NCBI GenBank assembly: GCA_963793385.1
Contig: CAWCAF010000016.1
Location: 33,164 to 97,163 of the forward strand
Reading direction: 5' to 3'
Length of the DNA stretch: 64,000 bases
DNA from: an uncultured Acidimicrobiales bacterium
GTDB taxonomy: Bacteria; Actinomycetota; Acidimicrobiia; Acidimicrobiales; SZUA-35
Under the pieces are notes generated by a model, which saw only the letters and a program-made list of their open reading frames with translations, had not been told where the DNA came from and searched no databases. Positions within the stretch are counted from its first letter, which is position 1, and every line of letters starts with the position of its first letter. A program made the translations under genes and the position numbers. This document shows, in pieces, positions 63,477 to 64,000 of this stretch.

Positions 63477-64000
63477 CTGGGGCTGGATTGCTCGTTTGCC
63501 AGCTCGTCAGCGAGGTGATGCACCACGTCGAGAAGGGTACCGCCCTGCTCGACAAGTCGACGTTGACGAGTCGTCCCCGTGCCGTCCACTGCGATGCGAA
63601 GGATGTCGGCCAGCTCGTTCTCCGTGCCGAGTTGGGCTGCGGTCTCGGCCAGCTGTTCGGTCAACTCGATCACGAGCTCTCGGATCGGACGACGCAACGG
63701 TTTGTCGTCGCCTTCGGTCTCGACGATCAACCGGCATCCATGCCATACCGGCTGGCGAACCATCTGTTCTCCCGAACGGTCCACTCGCGGGGCGGATCGG
63801 GCAGATCGCCGGCGTCGATGCGGTCGTTGCACCAGGTCACCAGCGTCTGGGCCAGACCACCGAGAGCGGCGGCCTCCCGCAGAGTCGGCGTCGCGTCGCA
63901 CATGCGGAACTCGATCGTCCCGAAATCCGGGTGGGGTCGGATGTCCCACCACACTTCCCGGATCGAGGAGATGCAGTCCGAGTCGAGCAGCGTCGACATG
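63473..64000 (-). CDS. Carboxylate-amine ligase (glutamate-cysteine ligase family 2, YbdK-like), C-terminal part; the gene starts beyond the right edge; one frame break near ~63730
   Basis: 'IREVWWDIRPHPDFGTIEFRMCDATPTLREAAALGGLAQTLV', then '...RPIRELVIELTEQLAETAAQLGTENELADI'. Confidence 0.75.
   Translation of the reverse strand, partial: HVDAARLGLHLLDPGSVVGHPTPPGFRDDRVPHVRRDADSAGGRRSRWSGPDAGDLVQRPHRRRRSARSAPRVDRSGEQMVRQPVWHGCRLIVETEGDDKPLRRPIRELVIELTEQLAETAAQLGTENELADILRIAVDGTGTTRQRRLVEQGGTLLDVVHHLADELANEQSSPR

Overview
The window is a very GC-rich, Actinomycetota-like chromosomal segment with about 57 protein-coding genes. I found no rRNA, tRNA, CRISPR array, transposase or integrase. All calls come from reading the supplied six-frame translations and re-translating selected stretches by eye; nothing was computed or searched.

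Gene content, left to right:
- 1-6.3 kb: a type I PKS ketosynthase that runs off the left edge, a long acyl-CoA dehydrogenase, small VOC, SRPBCC and cNMP-binding proteins, and an EntD/Sfp-type phosphopantetheinyl transferase.
- 6.4-10.1 kb: a glycan/membrane segment with a Wzx-like flippase, a GDP-mannose-3,5-epimerase-like enzyme and a large HupE/UreJ-type membrane protein.
- 10.3-27 kb: a biosynthetic gene cluster built around an ~8 kb NRPS (C-A-T-C-A-T-TE). It also holds a second acyl-CoA dehydrogenase, a stand-alone A domain plus carrier protein, a PLP-dependent decarboxylase, and SDR, GNAT, enoyl-CoA hydratase, SnoaL-like, PhzF-like and peroxiredoxin-like genes.
- 27-38.7 kb: a lipoprotein serpin, PNPOx-like protein, S51 peptidase, quinone oxidoreductase, a divergent ArsI/CadI-ArsR pair, tldD/pmbA, a GcvT-family protein, ICMT-family protein, amidase and a LysR regulator.
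- 38.9-46.4 kb: a form-I aerobic CO dehydrogenase cluster (coxM-coxS-coxL, XdhC-YHS, MoxR/CoxD, CoxG, VWA/CoxE).
- 47.4-56.2 kb: a [NiFe]-hydrogenase maturation set (endopeptidase-hypF-hypC-hypD-hypE on the minus strand, hypA-hypB on the plus strand), split by nth and a His-rich MFS transporter. No hydrogenase structural genes are in the window.
- 56.4-59.4 kb: a RimK module (DUF785 protease, AstE/AspA-like protein, RimK-TrkA_C, STAS).
- 59.4-64 kb: an MhpD-like hydratase, an IclR regulator, an SDR, an M20 amidohydrolase and a partial YbdK-type ligase.

Main observations:
- The first NRPS adenylation domain is interrupted between core motifs A8 and A9/A10 by a ~350-aa PP-loop domain resembling WbpG/PseA-type amidotransferases.
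- The peroxiredoxin-like gene has an in-frame TGA exactly where the first Cys of the CxxC redox motif is expected. This is a selenocysteine candidate.
- Reading-frame breaks are pervasive. My rough count is 60-80, affecting about 30 genes, and they are concentrated in the most GC-rich genes. They look more like indel errors than decay, but this needs read-level confirmation.

Coordinates of frameshifted genes are homology-guided envelopes, not exact ORFs.
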